From Botryllus schlosseri (lineage: Eukaryota), in contig CM119372.1 in the NCBI GenBank assembly GCA_051294905.1, positions 34,226,001-34,290,000 on the forward strand: a stretch of DNA of 64,000 nucleotides, written 5' to 3'. The notes below the pieces were generated by a model. That model did not search any database. It was given only the letters and a program-made list of their open reading frames with translations, and had not been told where the DNA came from. Of the stretch, positions 1-11,277 are shown one piece after another; position 1 is the first letter of the stretch; each line of letters opens with the position of its first letter. The translations under genes and the position numbers were made by a program.

Positions 1-616
1 TTTGAGGATTTCCAAGGCAGTGTGCAATATGAAAATGGTTCTCCTGAACTGACAAATATATACAGTGAGATTTTGCATCACCTCAAACCACAACAGTTGC
101 CTAAACCCTGACATATATGGCATTTTAGTATAGGCTAAGTAAAATCGCGACACTCAAATTTCAGGGGAATTCCATATTTTAAGCCGATATTCTTCCAGCT
201 CACCATGGACACAGATGCAAGGGTGAGTAACAGAAAAAAGTAGCTTGATTATATTTTTAAGGCATAAGGCATGCGAAACGGACTGAAAACCATGACTTTT
301 TAAAAGTCGGTCAATTCTGAACAACCCTAGAGGACGTATGGTAACCCTGTGTAAGACGTCAATCCAACATATCTCGCTCACAGGTTTTCATAACAAAATA
401 GGAATAAAAGAGTCAGTGGTAAGTGATGACTGATCGACTTTTACGTTGACCTAGTTTTCATTTGCTTTACCCTACACACTTATTGGGTTGGGAACGCTTC
501 AGACGCAACGTATATAAAGGTAGAACCACCTAAACAGCATTTCGCAATAACTAAATGACTTGGCGAAGTGAATGTAATGTGCGCAATAACCATGCAGCTG
601 CAAACGACCAGATACG

Positions 617-890
617 TAGGGTTACCATATTTTGGAATCGGGAAAGGAGGACACTTTTTCAAAATTTTCAAACCCAGAATTCCGGAGAAAAATCTTAAGA
701 AAATGGTAAATTTTTCTCACTTCGTGGTCGGTTGCCTAAAAAAAGGGCATTTGACAGTAAATTCGACCAAAAGACTCAAAAAGAGGCGAAATCTCAAAAA
801 GGAGAACATTTGGGCGTCCTCGGAAGACATTTTCAAAAACCGGAAAAAGGTGGGAAAATCCTCCCAAAGGAGGACCTATGGTAACCCGTA
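617..890. mobile_element. hAT-type MITE (TAGGGTTACCATA TIR) inserted in the GPCR TM5-like exon
   Basis: TIR tagggttaccata / tatggtaacccgta; flanking direct repeat AGATACG on both sides. Related copies at ~24096-24411, 33957-34323 and ~52150. Confidence 0.8.
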
Positions 891-1686
891 AGATACGGAA
901 AATAAAAAAGGTTTTCAATAACGACTGTGAAGGTACCGTATTGCCGATAATTGTGCTACCAAACCCTACCTTGTACTTGGTTCATCTTCCGTATATTGTA
1001 ACAAATGATGATCGAGCATACAACGATTCCCACAGTCGGTATATGTACAAGAACGGGTGCCGTATACTTCATGTGCACCCTCTTAACTCCTTCCCTAAAT
1101 ATATCAGGGATGGTTTAAGATCCAACCCAATTGACAATACGATTCAGGTCTCGCACATGCGGCTGGGGGCAATAGTCAGGGGGCGAAAAGCGTGAATTCA
1201 CCCCCAAAGTTTCGATTGGCGTGTTACGACTCCATTCGTTTTCACTACAAAACATTGAATATGTGCGATGCCAAGTGTTTATTTCATAATTTTTACCTCC
1301 CATTCCCAAGAGTTTATTCCCGGCTACGCCTCTGCTCAGGGATAATGTCATTCAATAGGAGGGGGTTGAAATTGAGTCTCAATGAATCGATCATATCTAT
1401 ATTGTAGTACGAGTGTTACGTATTGGAGGGGATTCTGCATATTATTCCATCAAACAAATTTCTCTTTCATATAATATTCTCAGTATATAGCAAATATGGG
1501 TGTTCCGTTGTAATGTCTCTCCTCTTGCTATACCCTGCTGCAGATGGTCTGACTGCAAGGGTACGAACCTATTAATGACCACTGACCAGTGTGGGTTGAC
1601 TAATTAAAATAAGAGCATGCTTTGAACTTCAAATCATAATTTCATAGGCTGTTGACTAATTCAGCATCGGTAAGATATCAACATAC

Positions 1687-2109
1687 CAGTGCGGAGCGGT
1701 TCGACAAATTCTCTGGTCCGGCTCCGATCCGGTATTTCAATTCTCTGGTCCGGCTCCGGCCGTTTCAGGAAGAAGTACTGATCCGGCTCCAATCCGACTC
1801 CGGCCCAAAATAAAAAAAAAGTCCGGCCGGAAATCCAGCCTAACACGGTACTGTGGTTCCGTCAATTTATAAATATGGCTCGTTTGTTTTCGCAATGGCT
1901 CGGCGGTTACTTGCGTGTGGTTGGTTGGTTGGTAGTTATTTAGTTACAAACGTCATGCTTATCCATACAGATTTTAGCCTTATCAAAAAAGTACTGATCC
2001 GGCTCTGACCGTGTCAGAAAAAGTATTGATCCAGCTCCGATCCGGTCCGGCCAAAATTGAAAAAATCCGGCCGGATATCCAATCCGGTTCCGGTCCATGC
2101 TCCGCACTA
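1687..2109. mobile_element. hAT-type MITE with CCGG-rich subterminal repeats
   Basis: TIR cagtgcggagc / gctccgcacta; TSD caacatac/taacatac (7/8). Confidence 0.85.
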
Positions 2110-2639
2110 TAACATACCAGTCCCCATATGCATTTGAGCATATTTGAGTGTTTCCACTTTTGTCATCTAGAAGCCCTGACGTAAGCATGCGAACAACACC
2201 AATCGAAAGAATAGACTCAATCCAGAGTATCCATGCAAGAACCTGCGATTTTGAATAGATGTATAAGCATTTACCAAACACCGCGAGAGTATAGAATATC
2301 AAAGTTTTTACCTGAGCTTTGGACGCTGTGAAGTTCGACACAGCTTTCGGGAATTTGAATAAGGCAAGTCTGACGATGCAGCAACACAGAATATGGTGGC
2401 ATGTACAGATTTCGGTCACTGCGGCAAGGGAGTGAGTTAACTGTGGAAAAATGCATCGCCATAGGTATCGTCGAACCACTGCGAGTTTTAATAATGTTGA
2501 ATTTCAGCGCCAACAATGCAGACTTGTAGCAAATCTTAAAAAGTGTACCTTTCTAGAAGGGCAGGTAGGGCTGAAAATACTGAATAGGAGAAGAGCTTCT
2601 TGGAGGTACAGAACTTCAATATACAATTAAATAGTATAT

Positions 2640-3560
2640 TCATATTGAAATGAACCCGAATATTTTCGGCTGACACTCGTCAGGGGTAATCGTCAGCAAC
2701 TAGTAGAGAATTGGAAAGAACATTGTATATCAACAATCGTATCACAAAATATGACGTCACCAGCATGAAATTTCGAATGAGAGAGCGTTCAATGTACTAT
2801 TTTTAGGTGATACACGAACTCCTTTTGTTGACAGAGTTTTGGTTGGTGTATTTTGATAAAAGTTGATTCCAAGGCACACAAATGGAATTGTGAACGACCT
2901 CGACCTACGATTCGAAATCGGTCGTCTCGATAATTATTCGCACAAATCGGATTATCGGATAATCTCGATCGTCTCGACCTGAATATGAGAATATCAAGGG
3001 ATATTATATTACATCGTAAATAAATAAAATATTTGTACGAGAAGAATGAAATCAATCAGATATATACTCGAATCTGCCCAACAGTTTGGGTGCAGGTATA
3101 CAATTACAATATTGCATAGTCTACTCAAAGTTACCATTGTTCCAAAATTATCACCAAATGGATGTCAAAATCGCAGGGAAACCGGTGACTTATAATTGAC
3201 AATACCTTGCAAATAAACGATGGGAGTTGAAACACTTTCAGGCCGAAAGTCTTCCGGTAGACAACAAACATGCTGTTCATGGCCGAGACGATATCACTGG
3301 CGCAGAGGCTCAATAAGAGGCGGTTGAAAGCCATACTGTATGAAACAGAGAATGTCATGTGGTTATCTCGCACCAAACTAAAGCTTCCGTTGGTTGGTTC
3401 AATACTTTTGGCTAATTTATCATTAATCATACCAAGGTTGCGATACAATGACAAATTAAGTGACGCCTACCAGTTGCATTCTTCGAAGAACAAGAGGCGA
3501 AAGACAGGAATGGTTAAAATGAGACTTATAAAATGAAAAAGGATACATACAATTTAATAA
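2640..3560 (-). mobile_element. Decayed Penelope-like retroelement, 3' part (GIY-YIG endonuclease C-terminus)
   Basis: ORF 3055-2789 ends LSDNPICANNYRDDRFRIVGRGRSQFHLCALESTFIKIHQPKLCQQKEFVYHL, resembling the PLE GIY-YIG C-terminus (F.I....S.F.L..LE...I....P.LC.QK). Frameshifted upstream remnants; hammerhead motif downstream. Boundaries approximate. Confidence 0.7.
2654..2687 (-). ncRNA. Minimal type I hammerhead ribozyme motif (PLE-associated)
   Basis: Minus strand ACCC-CTGACGA-G TGTCAGC C-GAAA-ATAT-TC-GGGT: complete catalytic core, 4-bp stem I, 1-bp stem II, palindromic stem III, UC cleavage site. Confidence 0.65.
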
Positions 3561-3658
3561 AAAGAAGGGAAGCGACTACAACGATGAGACGTGTGCCAGC
3601 AGCAGTCAGCCTATGTAACTGAAATCCATATGTCAATATGCGATGCAGTAATCGGGAG

Positions 3659-3927
3659 CAGAGATGGCCACAGTCCATTTCAGGAGCCGGAGCCGGAGCA
3701 GGATTTCATTGAATTTTTACCTGGCCGGACTGGATCCGGATTTTGAATTTGCGGTGATGTTCGGATTTTGGCCGGATTTTTTGCTGCAATATGATTAATT
3801 AGCATTGTTATGGCAGGATTTTTTCGGATTCCAAGCTGGACCTTCAACAGCCGGACCCCGAATCTCACATTGCCAGCCGGATCCGGATAGATTCGGATCC
3901 CGAAATTTGGGAATCCGCCCATCTCTG
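3659..3927. mobile_element. hAT-type MITE (CAGAGATGG TIR)
   Basis: TIR cagagatgg/ccatctctg; perfect 8-bp TSD ATCGGGAG; CCGGA/GGAT subterminal repeats. Confidence 0.9.
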
Positions 3928-4234
3928 ATCGGGAGACATTTGATATAACCCGCTAAAATTGGTCTCTCAGTTGGGCAATATAGCGAGGCAGATTTGCGGA
4001 CGCTCGATAAGATGCGCAGAATACCGCGATATGGTCTGTTAAATCCAGTATGATTTCTAGCCATGTGTGCTTTGCGTGCATGCAGTCATTCTTAAAAAGT
4101 TGATAATAAAATATAGAAAAGGGTATGAAGGTAGTTCATTTTCATCCGCAACATCAATACGCTTGGACGGTTGAGATTCGAAGTTATCGAGTGTTATCGA
4201 GTCAGCACTATAGTTTTTCATTCCACAAATCTCG

Positions 4235-4349
4235 TGGTGATGAGCGCCTATATAGCTAGGAACGCATGGACATCATATTTTTGATCAAGTCTTTGGCGTG
4301 ACCCGGTCGGGGATTGAAACCACGACCAAGTAGATTCGATGCCGATCAC
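4235..4349 (-). mobile_element. Partial tRNA-derived SINE (same family as 30295-30575)
   Basis: gagcgccta..agtctttggcgtgacccggtcggggattgaaaccacgacc matches the core and B-box region of the 30.4-30.6 kb copy. Confidence 0.6.
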
Positions 4350-4356
4350 CTAGGGA

Positions 4357-4946
4357 CAGGGTTGTAACCAAGTCATAGCTCCGAGTCACAAGTCAATCTC
4401 ACTTTTATAGTTTTGACTCGAGTCAAGTCGAGTCATTTTCAATTCACCACCGAGTCAAGTCCGAGTCCAAGTCATCGAACAGAAGTTCGAGTCCGAGTCA
4501 TGGTGTTATGACTCGAGTCCGAGTCCAAGTCATTGTGTTGACTACTCAGTTTCCAGTTAAAGTCTTGTTAAACCCACTTTTATAACTCTGCTTGGTGATA
4601 TCGAATGGTTTGCATTTATAAAATACTCATTTTCCTCACTTTTAATAGTTTTCGGTCGCATTTTCAAATACCCGTACCGATAGACGAAATCCCAATAGGG
4701 TGGTTGCTTTACTTGTTCTTCGAAATTACAATGAAATGTCGGTCTTGTCCGTCTGAGTCTCGAGTCATATGACTTGGTTCGAGTCATGCGCAATGACTCG
4801 AGTCTAAGTCGAGTCAACACACAGATTGATTCGAGTCGAGTCATTTCAGTAATTTGAGAAAATGACTCGAGTAAAGTCGAGTCATCAGAAAATCGTGACT
4901 CGAGTCTGACTCGAGTCGAGTCATGACTCGAGTCATTACAACCCTG
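4357..4946. mobile_element. hAT MITE family C (CAGGGTTGTAA TIR, GACTCGAGTC repeats)
   Basis: TIR cagggttgtaa/ttacaaccctg; perfect TSD CCTAGGGA; dense palindromic GACTCGAGTC motifs at both ends. Confidence 0.92.
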
Positions 4947-5335
4947 CCTAGGGATCATGTTAAAATGGATCCAGCGGCTAGTAGAATGGATGAAAAAGAA
5001 GGATATATATAAAAATAATTTCTGACTGCGATAAATACTGCATACCTATATATATTCCCCTTAAATCTACTTACGCTTTCAATGTATCGCTGCTGCTGAT
5101 AACAAGAATAGTGGTAGTATTGGCAACGAGGCCAAATACAGCCAGAATCGCTGTCAGCACGACGAAGATGATTGCTTCCCAGTCTGTAAATGCACCTCTG
5201 AAAACGATGAATTTGTAAACGCTAATATACTTGGTGAGATGTTTAGCATGCAACATTTATAAATAATCCACCCCTATACAGTGACATTGCAAGTGTCTTA
5301 AGTGATAAATGGAAAATCTGGCGATTTGGCTGTAC

Positions 5336-6212
5336 TAGGGTTACCATATTTTGTGTCTTCAATTCCGGATACTCTTTCGCGCCTACTAGCGGGTTATGAA
5401 CACATTGTTTGTCAATATGACGTCACACTAGCAAAGCTATGCCTGCATGGACTGTATACGGGAGTGGAGTGGAACATAGGTCTTGAATTAGTCCATCTCT
5501 AATGCGAGCTCTGGCGATTGCTAGGACCGGATAAAATGGTAGACCGTGTGTTTGACAGCCATCAGGCCGGTGCGGGTATTTGGTTGTGTGTTGTAACTAG
5601 GTCCGAAACAACATTTACTCGGCCGGCCGCCTTTCTCTTAAAATAACACTGATCTTGGGCACACCTTAGGGTAATCGATGCAAACTCTCGGGGGCTAATG
5701 CATCCGGTTAGTAAATTTTTCGAATGAATTTTGTCAATAATATTGGTTTTTCCATAAACCATATATTAATATAAAATGCACCAGCAGGTTGCACATCCGA
5801 TGGTTTCCAAGATTTTATGGCCACGACCTAATTTCTGTCTTAAAAATGTTCCGTGGCCCAGGTTCAGAATCACTGGAATATACCGTTAGCTTATAAATGC
5901 GATTACAATTTGACTTATTTCTGTAAATGACGGTTATTTTTATCTATTTCTGATTGCATTTTTTGCGAGAGCGATGTTCCATATATTAAATACAATAATC
6001 CGTCCACTAATTGGCGCGCAGCGCAAAGAAAAAGTTCAACTAGTATATATCTGCTTAAAATGATACTGTTAATGTTGCTTTACGAAACAATTTTGAGCCC
6101 CAACCTTCAAAATTCCGGACATTTATGCATATTTTCAAATTTGCTTACGGACGCAGTTTTTATAGTGAAATTCCGGACAAGTCCGGTGAAATCCGGACGT
6201 ATGGCAGCGCTA
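5336..6212. mobile_element. Non-autonomous hAT element (TAGGG TIR, TCCGGA subterminal motifs)
   Basis: Ends tagggttaccata / tatggcagcgcta; TSD ggctgtac/ggctgtat; second copy at 23816-24647. Confidence 0.8.
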
Positions 6213-6339
6213 GGCTGTATTTGCTACATACCAGGGAATTGGTACGATGAATGCGGTACGTTACGACTGGATTTACCCGAAATTTACGTTACGGATTTTG
6301 ACCAATGTACTAATATATAGTACGGAATTATGTTACTAT

Positions 6340-6660
6340 TATAATCCAGTTTAAAGTTGCTACGTCGTTGCATGAATACTATAGCCAGTCTCCGGGATTA
6401 CCGGACCACGACCGAACATCGACCTAGCCCTCCGCCACATGCCACCTCATTTTGTCGCTTGCGTATTATATTCTCTGCATTACTTTTCATTCAGTGTGCA
6501 TGCCTCTTATTTACTTCGCCTAGGCTAAGGTGCGTGTCTGATATTAACGGCTACTCCAAGTTGTTTCGACACCTTCCTATCTTTTCATTGTATCGCAGTC
6601 TTGTGATGTTTTGAAACGATGAAAATATTAATAAACCTGATTGATTGATCGATTGATTGT
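6340..6660 (+). mobile_element. Probable 3' end of a non-LTR retrotransposon
   Basis: AATAAA followed by a (GATT)n tail at 6630-6660; left boundary uncertain; no protein motif confirmed. Confidence 0.35.
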
Positions 6661-8794
6661 TGGTATGCTAATGCTACATTAATTCATGTTGCTACCATCG
6701 AATATATCCATCACAATGTAGTTGCGCATTGTGACTTGTAATAATTGGTGACAGAGGCCGCGGGGCAGACAAGAAAGAATATGCTGTAACCAGATGGGCA
6801 AAAGCAATTTGAATTTTTCGACTTGGGCTTCACTTTCGTTTAATTTTTCACAATGTATCCGAGACTACACTGCAATGCGAGGAATTTGGCATCTCCCAAA
6901 TTGTTATTTTGGCTATATAGTACCTTGCTGACTGCAGCACGACCTTGCTGACTGCAATTGTTGTATCACGGGACGAAGCAGGCAGCTCGTGGGATCTCCC
7001 CATTTCTACATCGACAGCAGCGTAAATCGTATGAAGTGCCATCAGTAAAAAGATATTCGCACCGTGCCAAATAGAGGTATAAGTAGGATATTGTTCCTAA
7101 AATGTACCAAGCATTTGCAGTATTCGCGTAAGACAGTGATTCTCAAACCATGGTACGCAGTAGTTGCCTTGTTTAAAGCTGTTCGGTGGCGGGGGCGGGG
7201 ATTACGATATACATATAGTGTGAACCTATATCGATGATTAACTTGGCGATTGAGTGGCACCATATGCCTTCAATATATCGGTGGGCAGCATTATGGCATA
7301 GATCAAGGGTGGCCCAACTGCGGCCATGGAAGGAAAATTAAGCTACCGTTGACACATAATTCAATTAGTATGTATAGGCAGCTGTCAACATGCAAATTGA
7401 ATATACGAATTGACTCTCAAATTTATGAGAGATTGTCCAAGTATGGTATGGAACGATTGGTCGGGTATGGAGTATGGAAAATTACTGTTCCATTCCATAC
7501 CATACCATGCCCCGAATTAGTCAGACGATATGGATAAACTGACTAGTCCGCAGTTCACCGGACTTGAATATGTACACTTGTACAGTTTAGCATGGCTATT
7601 TGGCGTCCAGTTACTTCATTACGACTGTGCGCTGGAATGCAGCCGCAGGCTATATAAGTAGGCCTAATCGAAATGCGGCCGTGAATACCAACAAAACTAG
7701 TCACTCCTGGACTAGATGCACGTTGCATAGCGGGGATATTGGGAGTGCGTGGCAAGAGAAACAAAATACTTACTCATATCGATATAGAGATCCGTTTGAT
7801 GCCATCCGCGATGTCGTAATATTGAAAGAGTATGTAGATACCATTTCGGTATTTAATTGCCTAGTTATGCTTAGGCGCATTCGGGATAACACACAGTGGT
7901 AAGCTACGTTACTCAGGTACATATATCTCCCCCTTGTTCCTTACAATTATGCCATCTCTCGATTAGATAAAGTTATAGTCGATGTTATATCCCAGTACAG
8001 CAAGCACGCGAATGTATAATTACTACAATGTACTTTGTGCGATGACATGAAAGACCAAACGAAGCTACATCATGGGTAAGGGCATAAAGCCATCAATTTG
8101 TACGAGATCAGATGACATAAATTGGAAATGGGAGAAGATGCAGTGGTGATTATGTCAGGGTAACCTTGATATTATGGGGTAGAGACGGAATGATTTGCGT
8201 TATATTGCATTGGATGTGAGCGATGATCATGGGCATTACATTTTCAAATTTTTACTATTCTCATGTGTCTTTTTTGAAAATAAATCAATCCTCAACCAAT
8301 ATGAACTTGGATTCGGGAATTTATTCTGGATTTCGATATCAATGTGAATCTCAAGGTCCGAAGAAGGACTTAGATCTGATAGTACTAAATCTGCTAATCT
8401 CTGATAGACACAAGTAATTAATACGGCTTTATGATCTTGTATTTCAACATCGCCAAAGGCCCAAAGGACAGCTGATGACAATCTGCAGGATGACTGCCTG
8501 ACTGCATAACATTAACAGAAATGGTATCAATCGAAAGTTACCGCGAAAAGGGTGGCGGAAATACACATGCTATTTTATATCATTGAAAAAAAAGTGCAAT
8601 GTTGATTCACACCAGTGTGAGGACATTATGGTGATGCAAATGATGACATAAATACTTCTTCCTATTGTTGTTGAACAAGATGACAACGGTCAATTGATTC
8701 TCATCAGTTTGACAGTTGATGCATGTACGCCTCGAAGTCAATAAGAAGATAATCTTATAATCATAATCCGCCGATCTGTTTACGATTCCTAGTG

Positions 8795-9110
8795 CAGTAG
8801 TTCTCAAACTTTTTCAGACACGGTACCTTTATGATAGTGAACACTTTCGCGCCCCCATTCATCGTCGTATCGCAAAATGCAACCAGAATGCTAGCAATCC
8901 ACACGGATAGTTTGCTGGCACGGAAGGTTATGACTGCTGATGAGAGAATTCTCAAATATGAAATTAGGACTATGCACAGAGCAATAACTATGGATTGGAG
9001 GTAAATCGAACGGAGCGCGAAAAAAGTTTCATTTGACCGCAGCTTCGTGCCCCCTTCAGATGCTTTCACCCCTCTCCATGGGGCGTGTCTCTCCGGTTTG
9101 AGAACCACTG
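8795..9110. mobile_element. Buster/Charlie-type hAT MITE (CAGTGGTTCTCAAAC TIR)
   Basis: TIR cagtagttctcaaac/gtttgagaaccactg; same family as 19902-20208 and 29822-30143; TSD degraded. Confidence 0.8.
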
Positions 9111-9924
9111 CTATAGAGTTTCAATGATAGCTTCGATTAATGGCTTGAAGTTTTATGAATATTATATATACCGACAACGAAATTTTATTCACACATCATA
9201 CTTCAAGGTTATAAAAATGCGGCGCGGATGAATCAACGATCAGAGGGTTCCAACAATTGCTACAAGCCTTTACTGTAGCGTGATCCTTGAGTTTTTTCCG
9301 AAATAACCCTACGTTCCGTTATCTAGTGCAATAAAACTATATATTATTACAGCCATCTTACTAAATAACACTCCCGCGACACTGAAACGCTGGGGCCTCC
9401 CAAGTAAACCATGAATGCTGGCGTAGAAAAATTAAGTGATTCGGCAATCTAGATCGCAGCGTAGCTCTTTGTATCAGTACCGTACAGTAAATCAGATACG
9501 CGCGACTGTTCGCTCTACTTTGTTTTGTGACTTTTGTTAATCTGAATGAGATTAGCTTTTCTGTCTAGTAGTCTAGAGAATATCATTACATTTTATTGAT
9601 GTATTCGTATGCTAGGAGAGACGTTCATCACACCGCAAAGCAATATCTAACTGTGTGTGCAATCTCAAGCGGTAGCGTGTGAGAATATATGCGTAAGCTA
9701 TGTACCTTTCGGTACGTTTCATATTTGGCCACCCATGACTATCAACACATATGTTTTGTATGATTTGCATTAGAAGTATTTTCATATCAGCCAGAAATTA
9801 CAAATTACAAATTTAAGTAGGGATGCAATCGCATCATGTATGCCCAAAGCATCTTCATTCTTTATCCTAAACAGTTTTACTGTCAATTCGCAATGCTTGG
9901 GCAGATGGCCAGTGGTGTAGCAAG

Positions 9925-10306
9925 TAGAGCGGGGCAGGAACCGCAGCAGAACCGGATATACGGCCCGTTTGTTCCATTTTTGGTCGGAGTCGGCTCGGAG
10001 CCGGTGCATACTTTTTTATATGGCCAGAATCGCTATTGAGGCTATTGATGAGCGTGACCGTTGCAACTAGCAATTGTCATATTTTTTGTTGTGTCAAAAT
10101 TCAATATATGACCTGGACCCGCACGGTATTACTTTTTTATTGGTGTACTAGAAATAAGTACTCGCGGACGATTAATATCGGATTTTTTCAGACGGGATCA
10201 CGGTCATTTCAAGAATCCGCCCACTGAGTCGCACCGGAGCCGGACGAGACAACCGAAGAAATAGGATCGGATTCAGACCATATAATTTGTCTATCCGCTC
10301 GCACCA
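9925..10306. mobile_element. CCGG-rich hAT MITE (family of 1687-2109), inserted into the end of another element starting at 9910
   Basis: Degenerate TIRs; TSD gtagcaag/gtagccag; removing it restores cagtggtgtagccaggggtggcc. Confidence 0.65.
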
Positions 10307-11277
10307 GTAGCCAGGGGTGGCCTAAGGGGCCATGCATCACCACCAAACCTATATCAAGTGTTAGCAGAAAATGACGCCTTGAAAAGTGCTTATGTAGGTA
10401 TATAGTTTCAAAATATAGATTCATTCGAAACGGTGCATACTTTTAGTAGCCGTTAGAGGGGGGTATTTTTGAAATCGCAAGCTGCATCTTCACCACTGTC
10501 GTAAAGTGATTAATGTCATCGCAAATTTGTGCTATTTCGCCCAGTCTATTTCACTCACGACCGTGACGCCCGAAATATCCCAAAACTATCTTCTACTTTA
10601 CCAAGTAAAAATTATGAAAAGTTAAAAGGTTTTGCCCAACTGTTTAGTACAGTGGCTCTCAAACTGGGAGAGGGGGAACATCTGAAGCGAGGGGGCGAAG
10701 CCTCCCGAGAGAAATGAAATTTCTGGACTTCGGAATTAATTTAATATGTGTCGAAACTTGCAAGTTTAAACAACGGTAATAATCTGAATTATACAACGAT
10801 TTTAAATGTCATAGCTGCGTCGCGCCATCCATACGCCGATGATGATTGATACCGGACCTTGCACTGATCAAAATATGTCTCAGAATTAGGAGTAACTTAT
10901 GAATGCGTGTCGGTATTAGCTGATGCTTTTAGAATCTGTCTCACTGTCTGTCAATCATATATGTGCAGATCACATAGTAAGAAACAACATCATAAAGAAA
11001 TCAAATATTTCCTTATAAGGCCTTGCCATATGCCATGTCTAATATGCGTTAGGAATGAGGATTTAAATCGAAGTGGCTTAGAACGGCGCCGTTGGTTTTT
11101 GATTTAGCTCATGTCCAGATACGCTTGAGCCAAGCCTAGGTCAGGAATAAAATGTATTACACACAAAAATTGCTAAAATATGTATATGCTACGTACTATC
11201 ATCGCACATGATTATTATTGACAAATTATTCCACTGAAAATTTTACTCGCTCCGCGCGATTTACCTCCAGCTGATAA

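Larger units (their letters stand above)
500..5197 (-). pseudogene. Class A (rhodopsin-like) GPCR, probably pseudogenised; multi-exon
   Basis: AG/GT-bounded exons: 5197-5075 (GAFTDWEAIIFVVLTAILAVFGLVANTTTILVISSSDTLK, TM1-like), 2440-2312 (LTHSLAAVTEICTCHHILCCCIVRLALFKFP.., TM3-like), 2242-2118 (VLAWILWIESILSIG..TQICSNAYGDW, TM4 Trp + ECL2 Cys). A TM5-like segment YRQYGTFTVVIENLFYFPYLVVCSCMVIAHI reads in frame only after removing the MITE at 617-890. No clean TM2 exon found. Confidence 0.6.

Noticed and set aside
1..111. Open plus-strand frame from the window edge (FEDFQGSVQYENG..PKP*)
   Set aside because: Short, no recognisable motif, no visible start or splice context.
4357..4946. Palindromic GACTCGAGTC arrays as a CRISPR-like locus
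   Set aside because: Irregular spacing, no unique spacers, no cas genes; bounded by TIR and TSD, so these are hAT subterminal repeats.
8930..8970. CTGATGA-GAGAATTCTC as a second hammerhead
   Set aside because: No GAAA directly after the stem, no stem I, and the core is not kept in the other MITE copies.
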